Positions 16,616 to 27,900 of a stretch of DNA of 64,000 nt are shown here, one piece after another (position 1 is the first letter of the stretch; each line of letters opens with the position of its first letter). A model generated the notes under the pieces. It searched no databases. It saw only the letters and a program-made list of their open reading frames with translations, and was not told where the DNA came from. The stretch comes from Bacteroidales bacterium (lineage in GTDB: Bacteria > Bacteroidota > Bacteroidia > Bacteroidales > JAHJDW01): positions 18,234 through 82,233 of the forward strand of contig JBAZBZ010000005.1 in the NCBI GenBank assembly GCA_041671145.1, given 5' to 3'. A program made the position numbers and the translations under genes.

Positions 16616-18946
16616 TCAATATTTTCTTGCTAAATCTTTATCCAGCACGTAAACACAAATTTGTTTTGCTCCGTCTTGCGTATAGCCGAATTTACATTTA
16701 AGATTTGTGATAAGCATTTTAATTTCCTTTTTGAGTTTTTCGTCATAAGCATTGAAAGTTTGCGAGCCGAAATCTATTATTCCCCTGCGGAAATTAGCGT
16801 TATCAATATATGGAGTTAAAGAATTTTCTTTCAAGTTTCTTGTAAATTTGCTCAAAAGATTTTTGTATTGTTCGGTATCAGTGATTTTCTTTCCCTGAAG
16901 TTTTATTTCCTGCGATAATGTTTTTGAAACATATTCGCTTTGCATATCTTTTCTGAATTGTATTCTTTGTTCTTCCGAGCTTGTTGTTCCGAGAAACATT
17001 GCTTCAAAGTTTTTGAAAAAATTATCAGTGATTTCAATTAAGTGTCCTGTATTAGTACATTTAACAGTTTCGCCAATTTCATAATTTATTGCAAACAGGT
17101 AATCCTGAATATCGTTTGAAATCTGGGTTTCGTTGAAATAATACATTGCTTCTTTCACTTCCTGCAATACATTGAAATCATATAAGTCCTCAAGCGATTG
17201 AACAAATCCATCGGGAATGTAATCAGTAAGCTTTTCGCTGTCTTGCAGGAAAAATGATTTTACCATATCCATTGTTATAGGTTTTCCTGTTTTTGTGTAT
17301 TTTGAAATGAAAGAATTAAAAACATTAAGTGATTGACGCCCTGAAATGCCTCTTGTACCTTCATTTTCAGAATCGGCAATTATTTCTTTTCTTGTTTGCC
17401 TGTCGAAAGTTTTTATATCTTCTTCGGAAAGCCATGTGGGTATTTTGCCGGTATAAATGTCCATTTTCAATAACAACAAATTTCTGTCGATATATTTTCT
17501 GTATTTCTCAGAATCCTGTATCCATCGATTTATTGAGGGTGAATCTAAATTTAATCTTGTGGAAACAATAATTTTTGCAAAATTACTTAATACTCTCGGT
17601 AAAAATTTTGAAATAGCCGATTCGCCGAATTTGTTTTTATAAATTTCAACTTCGGTATTATAATCAAGAATATAAGGAATATTAACGGTAATAATTCTGT
17701 CCTGAAATGATTTTACATTTTCATAATGTCGTTTGTCTTCAGGATTTATCAAGCCAACGAATAAAGTTTTTATTCTTTCTTCAACAAGCTCAACTTTGTG
17801 AATTCCATCACTTATTATACCGTGCAAAGCCATCAATCTTTCCACGTTGTGTTCTTTGATGTCCATGATTGTATGAACGCCGTTATTAGTGCTTGCGAGA
17901 TGAGAATGAATATATTTTATTTCATCGTTTTTAAATAATTCATTTATATTTTTTTGCAATGTGGGATTTGCTATCGGATTTTTAAGAACCTCATCTCCGG
18001 GATTATAAACGCTTATGCCGCTTCCGAATTGCCTGCTGAAATCCATTCTTCGTGCATTAATCATATTGAAAATTTCCAGCGGGTCACAAACTTTGTTTAT
18101 TAAATTATTATAAATAGAGCTGCAGATATGGCAAGGCGAATCCTTTAATATCCATTCAAATTCTTTATCATTAAAAATTTTATTTTTAAATTTTTCATCA
18201 GAAATAAGTTCATCAATAAATTTTTTTCTGAATGCCTTTGGTATTTGAAGAATAGGATGGTCGTGGCTCGGACATGAAATATCCAAAAACTTTTTCGGAT
18301 GAGTAGTTTTCAGATATTCTTCTGATGATTGCCTATCATTGTTTTTACTTATTTCTTCTTTGCAAAAAAGATTTATTTGATTTTGAAATTCCTGAAAATT
18401 GGTGATTTTATCAACATCTAATCTCCAGTATGTTTCAAACATAAAACCTTCAGGAGCTTTTGTATATGATTCGAGTTTCAGAAGAAGATTATTAAGAAAA
18501 GTACTTTTGCCGCTTCCCGGAGGTCCTTCAAAAAGATAAATATGATTGTTTTGTATTCCTTTTTTAAAACTTTTTGCAAGATTAATGAAACGATTTGCAA
18601 ACAAGCGGTCGGCAAAGAAAGGGTCATCACAATCCTTTACAAACATTTTTGAAAAATCATATTGAACAAAACCTATTGAATCATTTGAAACCTCATATTC
18701 ATCTTTACCTTCAGGGACATAGTAATTAACCATATCGTAGAATAACTGAAAAATATTTCTGAGTGCGAGTTCGGGCTGGTCTGCCACGTAATAAAGAAAA
18801 TCGTTAAAGAGAATCGGCAACCGGTTTTCTTTTTCGCGAATATCATTGCTCAGGTTTATCAATACTTCGAGGCGTTTACCTCTACCTTGAACATCTTCGA
18901 AATTTTCGATTTTTTTTACTTTTATTTTTTTCTTCGGCTTTGCCAT
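16616..18946 (-). CDS. long-form PrkA-family ATPase/kinase paralog (orphan)
   Basis: Walker A FEGPPGSGKSTFLNNL; CPSHDHPILQIP resembles YeaG PVNDHPFCLF; TNNGVHTIMDIKEHNVERLMALHGIISDG and FQDRIITVNIPYILDYNTEVEIYKNKF resemble YeaG FLDRVYIVKVPYCLRISEEIKIYEKLL. Confidence 0.7.
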   Translation of the reverse strand: MAKPKKKIKVKKIENFEDVQGRGKRLEVLINLSNDIREKENRLPILFNDFLYYVADQPELALRNIFQLFYDMVNYYVPEGKDEYEVSNDSIGFVQYDFSKMFVKDCDDPFFADRLFANRFINLAKSFKKGIQNNHIYLFEGPPGSGKSTFLNNLLLKLESYTKAPEGFMFETYWRLDVDKITNFQEFQNQINLFCKEEISKNNDRQSSEEYLKTTHPKKFLDISCPSHDHPILQIPKAFRKKFIDELISDEKFKNKIFNDKEFEWILKDSPCHICSSIYNNLINKVCDPLEIFNMINARRMDFSRQFGSGISVYNPGDEVLKNPIANPTLQKNINELFKNDEIKYIHSHLASTNNGVHTIMDIKEHNVERLMALHGIISDGIHKVELVEERIKTLFVGLINPEDKRHYENVKSFQDRIITVNIPYILDYNTEVEIYKNKFGESAISKFLPRVLSNFAKIIVSTRLNLDSPSINRWIQDSEKYRKYIDRNLLLLKMDIYTGKIPTWLSEEDIKTFDRQTRKEIIADSENEGTRGISGRQSLNVFNSFISKYTKTGKPITMDMVKSFFLQDSEKLTDYIPDGFVQSLEDLYDFNVLQEVKEAMYYFNETQISNDIQDYLFAINYEIGETVKCTNTGHLIEITDNFFKNFEAMFLGTTSSEEQRIQFRKDMQSEYVSKTLSQEIKLQGKKITDTEQYKNLLSKFTRNLKENSLTPYIDNANFRRGIIDFGSQTFNAYDEKLKKEIKMLITNLKCKFGYTQDGAKQICVYVLDKDLARKY

Positions 18947-19075
18947 AAATTTTGTGTTTTATATTGTAAAGATATTATTTATGCAAAATAACTCCAAATA
19001 AATTTTATCTTCCTTTTTCAAATATTAAAAATCAAATTTACTTACTTTATTTTGAAGTACATTTAAATTCTTTGT

Positions 19076-19083
19076 TAATTTTG
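19076..19083 (+). promoter_or_regulatory. -7 box TAATTTTG upstream of ATG 19105
   Basis: Exact TAnnTTTG match. It lies inside the track's TTG-extended ORF (19072), which argues for the ATG at 19105. Confidence 0.4.
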
Positions 19084-19104
19084 TTAATGATAAAACGATT
19101 TAAT

Positions 19105-19908
19105 ATGTCAATAAAAAAAATCATTGTAGTGATATTTATTTTAATTATAATTTTAGCTATGGCTTGGTTATTCAGGAGTCGTGGTTATTTAAAAAAAATA
19201 TATATTGAATCACGAACTGAGTTGAAAATACCTTATTACACGGGTAAAGGAACAGCATCAAACATAAGCTTCAATAATATAAACTGGGTTCATAGAGTTG
19301 ACGGCATTCAACGCTATTTTGAAGTTTGCGAAAAATATAACGGAATTGAAATTGATGTAAATTTTGATAGCAAAAAAAATTGTTTTGATGTATTTCATGC
19401 GCCAAAACCATCAATAAATCTTTGTTTGGATGACTTGATAAAAAACATTAAAAATCCCGAAGAAACTTTTTACTGGTTGGATTTTAAAAATCTTGATTCC
19501 ACTAATTACATTGAAGCTTTGAATAATCTCAATGGTATTTGCAAAAAATTTAATATAAAAAACAATTTAATAGTTGAATCTTCAAATCCTGTTTTACTAA
19601 CACATTTTACCGATTCGGGATTTTATACAAGCTATTATATTTTTACTTTCAACCCTTTTACTATTTCAGATTCTCTCGCAAATGATTATTATAAAAAAAC
19701 ATGTGCGATTCTTGATAAAAGCAGAGTATGCGCAATATCAAGTTATTCGGAGCAGCTTGTTTTTATGAAACATTTTCCCAATTACGATTTTTTAATATGG
19801 AACCTTGAAAGTAATAAATTCTGGAATAATTTCTTTTATAAAAGATATAAGTCAATAAAGAATGTAAAAGTAATTTTGGTTAAAGACATTACGAAAAGCT
19901 ATATATGA
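19105..19908 (+). CDS. membrane-anchored PLC-like phosphodiesterase superfamily protein (GDPD/menorin-like)
   Basis: N-terminal TM helix; WVHRVDG...GIEIDVNFDSKKNCFDVFHAP resembles the H-R...E-x-D...H pattern of the GDPD/FAM151 fold; weak call. Confidence 0.45.
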   Translation: MSIKKIIVVIFILIIILAMAWLFRSRGYLKKIYIESRTELKIPYYTGKGTASNISFNNINWVHRVDGIQRYFEVCEKYNGIEIDVNFDSKKNCFDVFHAPKPSINLCLDDLIKNIKNPEETFYWLDFKNLDSTNYIEALNNLNGICKKFNIKNNLIVESSNPVLLTHFTDSGFYTSYYIFTFNPFTISDSLANDYYKKTCAILDKSRVCAISSYSEQLVFMKHFPNYDFLIWNLESNKFWNNFFYKRYKSIKNVKVILVKDITKSYI

Positions 19909-21593
19909 GAATATTTGAAAGAAAATATGATTTGGCATTTATTTTATATGCGGTGTGCTTTCCTGTAATTGCATGTTTATATGCAGATGGCATCACGGTT
20001 AATGATTTTATATTAAGGTTAGCTTTATCTTTATTAATAGGAGCATTTGTTTATCTTATTTCACTTAATTTTGATGGAATAAGCAGAAAAATATTTTTAT
20101 CATTATTTTATATTGTTGTCATAGTTCCTTCTATTATTGTTTTATCATACATAATAATTGACGGAACTCTGATAAAAGGTTCAAATTTTTTTATAGTATT
20201 TGAAACAAATTTTAATGAATCATCCGAGTTTGTGAGTGGGTATTTATCTGCAAAAGCAATAATCATATTACTGATTTACGTTTTGCCTTCGGTTGCTTAT
20301 CTTGTCTTTTCGAAAAAAAGTATTCTCGGTTTCGGAAATAAAAAGCTTATTTCATTCGCAATCATAAAAAATAAAAAATTGTTAATATTAAAGTATAAAT
20401 ACACTGGAATTGCTTTATTGTTATGCCTTGTTTTTTTTTTAAAAAATGAAAATATTGCAAAAAATAATTACACTCTGGATTTCTATAGAAGCTTTTATTA
20501 TTTCAGAAAAATAATAATAAAATATAAAGAATATGAAAGCAAAAGAAATGTAAAAAATTTTATTGTTACAACTTCTTTGCCAAATAATGAAGACAAGACA
20601 TTTGTGATTATAATTGGAGAGGCGTTATCAAAACATCATTTGTCTTTATATGGATATAAAAGAAAAACAAACCCCTTACTTGAAAAAATTAAAAACGAAC
20701 TTCTCGTTTATAATGATGTGATTTCTCCGCACACACATACACTTGAAGTGATGAGATGTTTATTAACTTTTGCCGATAATGAAAATATAAAACCTTACTT
20801 TGAAAAACCTTCAATAATTGAATTATTTAATAATGCTGGCTTCGAAACATATTGGCTCGAAAATCAGATTTCCGTGGGTAAATGGGAGAATACAGGAATA
20901 ATTTCAAAAAAAGCAAAACATTTTTATATAACAAATTCTGATGATACATGGTTTTATAATAATTCTATTTTTGATGAAATCGCACTTAAATATCTTGATA
21001 AAATTTTAACAGATAAAACAAAGAAGAATAAAATGATTTTTATTCATTTGATGGGAAGTCATCCAATATATGATAAAAGATATCCTCCTTTTTTTGCGGC
21101 TTTTGATAACAATAAAAATTTATATCTGGTAAAAGATAATTTGAAAAATGACGAAAAAAAGATTGTTAATGAATACGATAATTCGGTATTATATAATGAT
21201 TTTGTGGTTTCATCAATTATCGGTAAAATTAAAAAATCCGAAAAATTTTCATTTGTACTTTATATGCCCGACCATGGAGAAGAAGTTTATAATTTCAGAG
21301 AATATTACGGACATACTTTTTCCCACAAGTCAAGTTATATGTGTGAAATACCTTTTATACTATGGCGTTCGGAAGAGTTTAAAAAAGAAGTTGCTATTTC
21401 TGTTGACACAACAAGACCATATTCAACTGAAAATTTAATATACTCTGTATCCGATTTGGCAAAATTAAATTATAAAGATTATGATGCCGGCAAAAGCATA
21501 TTTTCCGAAAAATTTATAGTAAGAGAAAGAAAAGTAGGGGAATTAAAATATGAAGAACTAAAAGCAAAAACGCAATTACAGTGCAAAAAATAA
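19905..21593 (+). CDS. phosphoethanolamine transferase (EptA/sulfatase family)
   Basis: Polytopic N-terminus followed by TFVIIIGEALSKHHLSLYGYKRKTNP, HLMGSHPIYDKRYP and YMPDHGE; ATGA overlap with the upstream gene. Confidence 0.75.
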   Translation: MRIFERKYDLAFILYAVCFPVIACLYADGITVNDFILRLALSLLIGAFVYLISLNFDGISRKIFLSLFYIVVIVPSIIVLSYIIIDGTLIKGSNFFIVFETNFNESSEFVSGYLSAKAIIILLIYVLPSVAYLVFSKKSILGFGNKKLISFAIIKNKKLLILKYKYTGIALLLCLVFFLKNENIAKNNYTLDFYRSFYYFRKIIIKYKEYESKRNVKNFIVTTSLPNNEDKTFVIIIGEALSKHHLSLYGYKRKTNPLLEKIKNELLVYNDVISPHTHTLEVMRCLLTFADNENIKPYFEKPSIIELFNNAGFETYWLENQISVGKWENTGIISKKAKHFYITNSDDTWFYNNSIFDEIALKYLDKILTDKTKKNKMIFIHLMGSHPIYDKRYPPFFAAFDNNKNLYLVKDNLKNDEKKIVNEYDNSVLYNDFVVSSIIGKIKKSEKFSFVLYMPDHGEEVYNFREYYGHTFSHKSSYMCEIPFILWRSEEFKKEVAISVDTTRPYSTENLIYSVSDLAKLNYKDYDAGKSIFSEKFIVRERKVGELKYEELKAKTQLQCKK

Positions 21594-21600
21594 TAGAATT

Positions 21601-21647
21601 ATTGCCAAACCCTGCAAGGGTTTTAAACCCTTGCAGGGTTTGGCAAT
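21601..21647. terminator. 47-nt perfect palindrome between convergent genes (candidate bidirectional terminator)
   Basis: attgccaaaccctgcaagggttt t aaacccttgcagggtttggcaat. The arms are exact reverse complements, and each arm also contains the sub-palindrome ccctgcaaggg / cccttgcaggg. Confidence 0.5.
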
Positions 21648-21653
21648 TATAAA

Positions 21654-23510
21654 CTAACCTATAATTTCCTCTAAAACTTCATCTTTTTCTATTCGCAGAT
21701 TTTCGATAATAAAATTTTGTCTTTCGGGAGTATTTTTGCCCATGTAATAACTGAGAATCGCATCAACGGAATCATCTTTCCGCATGATGACAGGGTCGAG
21801 ACGCATTGATTTTCCAATAAATTGCTTGAACTCATCGGGTGAAATTTCACCGAGACCTTTAAATCGAGTAATTTCGGGTTTTACACCAAGTTTGTTTATT
21901 GCATTTGTTTTTTCTTCATCAGAATAACAATAAATTGTTTCTTTTTTATTTCTCACTCTGAACAGTGGCGTTTGCAAAATGTACAAGTGTCCGTTTTTCA
22001 CAAGGTCGGGAAAAAACTGAATGAAAAAAGTAATAAGCAGCAGGCGGATATGCATTCCGTCAACATCGGCATCAGTGGCAATTATTATATTGTTATATCT
22101 TAAATTTTCAAGGTCTTCTTCAATATCCAATGCACTTTGCAAAAGGTTGAATTCTTCATTTTCGTAAACGATTTTTTTCGACATTCCGAAACAATTCAGT
22201 GGTTTCCCTTTTAAGCTGAAAACTGCCTGAACATTCACATCGCGCGCTTTTGTAATTGAACCGCTTGCTGAATCTCCTTCGGTGATAAACAATGTTGAAT
22301 CGAGCCGGTCATCGTGATTTGTATTGTAATGAGTGCGGCAATCACGAAGTTTTTTATTATGAAGATTTGCCTTACGTGCAGTTTCACGCGATATTTTTTT
22401 AATGCTTGCAATATCTTTTCTTTCTTTTTCCGATTGAAGAATTTTTCCCAGCAGTGCTTCCGCAACATCGGAATGAATATGAAGATAATTATCCAATTGT
22501 CGTTTTACAACATCATTGATATAATTTCTCACAGTAGTGCCGTTCGGCTCCATCAATGTTGAACCGAGTTTTGTTTTTGTCTGTGATTCAAAAACCGGCT
22601 CATGAACTTTAACGCTTATTGCTGCAATTATTGAAGTTCTTATATCCGAAGGGTCAAAATCTTTTTTATAAAATTCGCGGGTTGTTTTTACAACAGCTTC
22701 TCTGAAAGCTGCCTGATGCGTGCCACCTTGCGTTGTATGTTGTCCGTTTACAAATGAATAATATTCTTCACCATATTGACTTGTTAAATGAGTCATTGCA
22801 AATTCAAAATCATTTTCAACAACATGAATAATCGGATAAATCAGAGAACTGCTGATATTTCTTTCGAGCAAATCGGCTAATCCGTTTTCTGAAATAAATG
22901 AATTACCATTATAATTTATTGTGAGTTGCTTATTCAGAAAAACATAATTCCAAATAAGGTTTTCAATATATTCATTGAAAAAATGATATTTCCCGAATAT
23001 ATTTTCGTCGGGAATAAAAGAAATTATTGTTCCGTCATCCAAATCACATTTGTGTTCTTTTTCTTCTTTTATAACATCTCCCTGCTGAAATTCCACAATC
23101 TTGGTTCTTTTATCCCGTATTGCCTGCACGCAGAAATAACTCGACAAAGCATTAACAGCTTTTGAACCAACACCATTCAATCCTACTGTTTTTTTAAAAA
23201 CTTTTGAGTCGTATTTGGCACCTGTATTTATTGATGAAACGCAATCTATAACCTTGCCAAGCGGAATACCCCTGCCATAATCTCTTATGGTTACTTTATT
23301 TTCTTTAATTGAAATATCTATTTTTTTCCCGTAACCCATTATAAACTCATCAATTGCATTATCAATGGTTTCCTTAATGAGCACATAAATACCGTCATCA
23401 TGGGAAGAACCGTCTCCAAGCTTTCCGATATACATTCCGGGACGAAACCGTATGTGTTCTTTCCAGTCAAGCGATTTTATACTATCTTCTGTATATTTTT
23501 CAACAATCAT
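21654..23510 (-). CDS. parE: DNA topoisomerase IV subunit B (type IIA topoisomerase B subunit)
   Basis: [27 protein letters not shown] and PLKGK-type blocks; length fits Bacteroidota ParE better than GyrB. I trimmed the track start (TTG at 23525) because that TTG is part of a TATCTTTG box; the ATG at 23510 gives [12 protein letters not shown]. Confidence 0.85.
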   Translation of the reverse strand: MIVEKYTEDSIKSLDWKEHIRFRPGMYIGKLGDGSSHDDGIYVLIKETIDNAIDEFIMGYGKKIDISIKENKVTIRDYGRGIPLGKVIDCVSSINTGAKYDSKVFKKTVGLNGVGSKAVNALSSYFCVQAIRDKRTKIVEFQQGDVIKEEKEHKCDLDDGTIISFIPDENIFGKYHFFNEYIENLIWNYVFLNKQLTINYNGNSFISENGLADLLERNISSSLIYPIIHVVENDFEFAMTHLTSQYGEEYYSFVNGQHTTQGGTHQAAFREAVVKTTREFYKKDFDPSDIRTSIIAAISVKVHEPVFESQTKTKLGSTLMEPNGTTVRNYINDVVKRQLDNYLHIHSDVAEALLGKILQSEKERKDIASIKKISRETARKANLHNKKLRDCRTHYNTNHDDRLDSTLFITEGDSASGSITKARDVNVQAVFSLKGKPLNCFGMSKKIVYENEEFNLLQSALDIEEDLENLRYNNIIIATDADVDGMHIRLLLITFFIQFFPDLVKNGHLYILQTPLFRVRNKKETIYCYSDEEKTNAINKLGVKPEITRFKGLGEISPDEFKQFIGKSMRLDPVIMRKDDSVDAILSYYMGKNTPERQNFIIENLRIEKDEVLEEIIG

Positions 23511-23522
23511 GACTTTTTTTTG

Positions 23523-23530
23523 CAAAGATA
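23523..23530 (-). promoter_or_regulatory. -7 box TATCTTTG (minus strand) upstream of parE
   Basis: Plus strand reads caaagata. Confidence 0.45.
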
Positions 23531-23720
23531 GTTAAATCCAAATTTAAAATTAAAGTAAAAATTTATTGAATTTTAAGAAAAATTCAATGTAAAATAACGT
23601 GAGTTAGAAATTATAAATATTAAAATTCAAAAGTTTAATTTAAGGAAATTATTAAATTTTGAGGAAACTCCAAAAAAATCAACAATTAAACGATTCGGTA
23701 ATTTAAAGTATAAAAATAAA

Positions 23721-23728
23721 TAACTTTG
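23721..23728 (+). promoter_or_regulatory. -7 box TAACTTTG upstream of ilvC
   Basis: Exact TAnnTTTG match; ATG at 23762. Confidence 0.45.
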
Positions 23729-23761
23729 TATCCTTTTTTTAAAACTTAAACTTTTAAAATT

Positions 23762-24802
23762 ATGGCAAAAATAAATTTTGGCGGAACAATTGAAAACATT
23801 GTTACCAGAGAAGAATATCCTTTAGAAAAAGCAAGAGAAATTCTTAAAAATGAAATTGTGGCTGTTATAGGTTATGGTGTGCAGGGACCTGCGCAGGCAT
23901 TGAACATGAAAGACAACGGCGTGAACGTTATAATCGGGCAAGCACCTGAATTTAAAAAGGACTGGGACAAAGCAATTGCCGACGGCTGGGTACCCGATAA
24001 AACTTTATTTTCAGTTGAAGTTGCTGCGACTAAAGGAACAATTGTAATGTATCTTGTTTCCGATGCAGCTCAAAAAATTTTATGGACTAAATTAAAATCG
24101 TGTCTTAAAAAAGGCGATGCACTTTATTTTTCACATGGTTTTTCCATCACATACAAAGAACTTACAGGTGTCGTTCCTCCGGCAGATATTGATGTTATTA
24201 TGATTGCACCAAAAGGATCTGGAACAAGTGTTCGCAGGAATTTTCTTGCAGGCACAGGAATAAATTCGAGTTATGCAGTATTTCAGGATGCAACGGGCAG
24301 AGCCGAAGAACGAACTATTGCCCTCGGGATAACCATAGGTTCGGAATATTTATTTCCTACAACTTTCCTGAGAGAAGTTCATAGCGACCTAACAGGCGAA
24401 AGAGGCGTGCTTATGGGAGCTCTTACCGGCATCATTGAAGCACAATATCAAACACTAAGAAAAAACGGGCATACTCCGAGTGAAGCATTTAATGAATCGG
24501 TTGAAGAGCTTACACAAAGCTTGATTCGTCTTGTTGATGAAAACGGCATGGACTGGATGTACGCCAATTGCAGTGCCACTGCACAAAGAGGAGCACTCGA
24601 CTGGCGGCATAAATTCCGCGAAGCTGTTCTTCCTGTGTTTGACAAGCTTTATGAAAGTGTGAAAACAGGTAAGGAAGCTCAAATTGTTATTGATAAACTT
24701 AGCAGCCCCACTTACCAGAATGACCTTGCAAAAGAGTTAAAAGAAATGCACGATTCGGAACTTTGGCAGGCAGGTGCAGCAGTGAGAAAATTACGTCCAT
24801 AA
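23762..24802 (+). CDS. ilvC: ketol-acid reductoisomerase (class I)
   Basis: VIGYGVQGPAQALNMKDNGVNVIIG Rossmann motif and the conserved C-terminal knotted domain. Confidence 0.95.
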   Translation: MAKINFGGTIENIVTREEYPLEKAREILKNEIVAVIGYGVQGPAQALNMKDNGVNVIIGQAPEFKKDWDKAIADGWVPDKTLFSVEVAATKGTIVMYLVSDAAQKILWTKLKSCLKKGDALYFSHGFSITYKELTGVVPPADIDVIMIAPKGSGTSVRRNFLAGTGINSSYAVFQDATGRAEERTIALGITIGSEYLFPTTFLREVHSDLTGERGVLMGALTGIIEAQYQTLRKNGHTPSEAFNESVEELTQSLIRLVDENGMDWMYANCSATAQRGALDWRHKFREAVLPVFDKLYESVKTGKEAQIVIDKLSSPTYQNDLAKELKEMHDSELWQAGAAVRKLRP

Positions 24803-24943
24803 ATTTTTATAGTTGTCTTTTGGTAGTTGTTAGAAAAAATTGTGAATTGTTTTATTGTTAAAATTGTCCCATCAGTATACGAATGTTTAATTTTTTTTGT
24901 TATTCATTTTTTTTATCTTTACAATGTTTAAAATTATTTTACT

Positions 24944-27900
24944 TTGCCCGAAAGTAACTACAATATATTAGTAAACAAACTTGATGAGTTCATACGAAAG
25001 TATTATAAAAATCAGCTTATTCGTGGAAGTATTTATTTTTTTTCTACTGCAATTTTATTTTTAATAATTATCGCAACTGTCGAATATTTCGGACATTTCG
25101 GAGCAACAATAAGGACAATTATTTTTTACACTTATATTATTTTAAATGCTGTAATTATTACAAAACTTGCTGTAATTCCATTATTAAATCTTAATAAAAT
25201 AGGAAAATTCATTTCGCACAATCAGGCGGCAGCAATTATCGGAAGCCATTTTGCAGAGGTGCATGATAAACTTCTAAACATTCTTCAGCTTCATGAAATT
25301 TCAAAAATTTCTCAAAAACAAAAGGAGCTTATCGAAGCAAGCATACGCCAGAAAATAAAAGAAATAAAGCCCATTCCGTTTACGCTTGCAATAGATTTAA
25401 AACAAAACATAAAATATCTGAAATATGCACTCATTCCTGTTTTGGTGATTTTCTTCACTTTGTTTTCATCTACAAAGGTTATTCAAAAAGGCACAACACG
25501 AATTATTTCGCACAATAAATATTTTGAAGAAGAAGCACCTTTTAGATTTCAGGTTTTAAATAATAAACTTGAAACAGTTCAGCAAAAGGACTTTGAGCTT
25601 GATGTAAAACTTACGGGAAACGAAATTCCCGAAAATATTTTCATCGAAACCGGCAAAACACAATTCAAACTTGAAAAAGAAAACACCGTTCTTTTTCATT
25701 TCACTTTTAAAAGTCCGTTGAAAAATATAAAATTCAGATTTACTGCCGACGGTTACGAATCACGGGAATATGAACTTAAAGTATTGCCAAATCCCATTGT
25801 GCTTAATTTTCAGATTTTTCTGGATTATCCGAAATATTTAAACAAGAAATCCGAAACACTTAATAATACAGGTGATTTACTTATTCCCGAAGGAACAAAA
25901 GTTACATGGAAATTTCTGACTAAAGACACGAAAATTCTGAGAATAGGATATAAAGACAGCGTAATTTCGATAAAACCTTCGGATGAAAATCACTTTGATT
26001 ATACGCGTCAAATCAGGGAAAATCTGAATTATAAAATTTCAACAACAAATGATTTTGTGAACAATAGTGATTCCATAACTTATCTTATAAATGTTATTTC
26101 CGATGCTTATCCTGTTATAAAAGTTGACGAATTCAAAGATACGCTGTCGCTGAAACGTCTTTATTACAAGGGAAACTTAAAAGATGATTATGGTTTCAGT
26201 AAACTCACTTTTAATTACAGGTATTTAAAACGCGAAGATTCTTTATCTACCGATGTTTCCAAAAAAATAATTTCAAAAAATATTATTATAAGTAATTCCA
26301 TTACTCAGCAGGACTTTTACTATTACTGGGATTTGAATACAGTTGATATTTCACCCGGTGATGAAGTAGAATATTATTTTGAAGTTTGGGACAATGATGG
26401 TGTGAATGGCAGTAAATCCGCCCGTTCCGAAAAACTTATTTATAAAGTTCCTTCGCTAAAAGAATTAAATGAAAGTGCTTCGAAAAATAATGACAAGCTT
26501 AAACAGGATTTGGAAAACAATATCGCGCAAACAAAAAAGCTTCAGAAAGACATTGAAAATTTACGCCTTGATTTATTGCAGAAAAAAAACCTCGACTGGA
26601 ACGACAAAAATAAGCTTAAGGATATAATCAGCAGACAAAATGAACTTCAAAAAAGTATTGACAATGCTGAAAAAGAAAATAAAGAAAATAATATCCGTCA
26701 ATCCGAATCAGGCAAAACCGATGAAAGAATTCTTGAAAAACAAAAACAACTTGAAGAATTATTTAAAAATGTGATGACCGATGAAATGAAAAAGCTCATG
26801 GAAGAAATTCAGAAATTGCTTGACAAGGTTGATAAAAACGAAATACAGCAGATGCTTGAAAAAATGCAGTTGTCAACAAAAGACCTTGAAAAAGAAATTG
26901 ACCGTAATCTTGAAATTTTCAAACAACTTGAATTCGAACAAAAACTCCAGCAGAATATAGACAACTTGAAGGACATGGCAAAAAAGGAAGAAAATCTTTC
27001 AAAAGAAACCGATAAAAAAAATCCGGACAACAAGCAACTTGAAGAAAAACAAAAAGACATAAATAAAGATTTCGAAGATTTTAAAAAAGACATGAAGGAG
27101 CTTGAAAAGAAAAATCAGCAACTTGAAAAGCCAAACAATTTGAAAAATACCGACGCCAAACAAAATGAAATACAACAAGAAATTAAAAACAGCACAGAAC
27201 AACTTGAAAACAAAAAGAACAGCAAGGCATCACAATCGCAGAAAAATGCTTCCAATAAGATGAATGAGCTATCAGAGCAACTTGAACAGATGCAGAAAGA
27301 AATGGAGGAGCAAAATGATGCAGAAGATGCCGAAGCGCTGAGAGAAATTCTTGAAAACCTTCTCAGGGTGTCATTTTCGCAGGAAGCTCTTATGAACAAG
27401 TTGAATAAAACGAGTATTAATGACCCTCAATATCCAAAAATCATGCAAGAGCAGAAAAAGCTCAAAGATTATTCCCAAATGATAGAAGATTCGATGTATG
27501 CATTAAGCAAGCGTCAGGTCCAACTTCAATCTGTAGTAAATCGAGAAATAAGCTCCATAAACATAAATATTGGCAAGGCAATTGGATTTCTTGAAGCCCG
27601 TAATTCTTCAATGGCAAGCAGTCGTCAGCAGTATGTTATGACTTCGCTTAATAATCTTGCATTAATATTGGACGAATCGCTAAAACAGGCACAAATGAAA
27701 GCTTCATCAAAGAAATGCAAGGGCAATTGTAAGAAGAGCGGGATGTGCAGCAAACCAGGTTCGCAAAAGTCGAGTATAAGTTCGGTACGGCAGATGCAGC
27801 AAGAATTAAACAAACAAATTCAAAAACTTAAGGAAGAGCTTGAAAAACAAGGGAACTTAAAAAGCCCGAAACAAAATAATCAAAAAAGCGGAATGAGCGA

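Noticed and set aside
23511-23525. TTG start extending parE by five codons (MQKKV)
   Set aside because: The TTG is the last three bases of a TATCTTTG -7 box. The ATG at 23510 gives the conserved N-terminus.
26809-27399. Three 67-94 aa minus-strand ORFs inside the coiled-coil gene
   Set aside because: They are low-complexity antisense frames of an AAG/GAA-rich region (S/F/C-rich products); the sense frame is continuous for 1125 codons.
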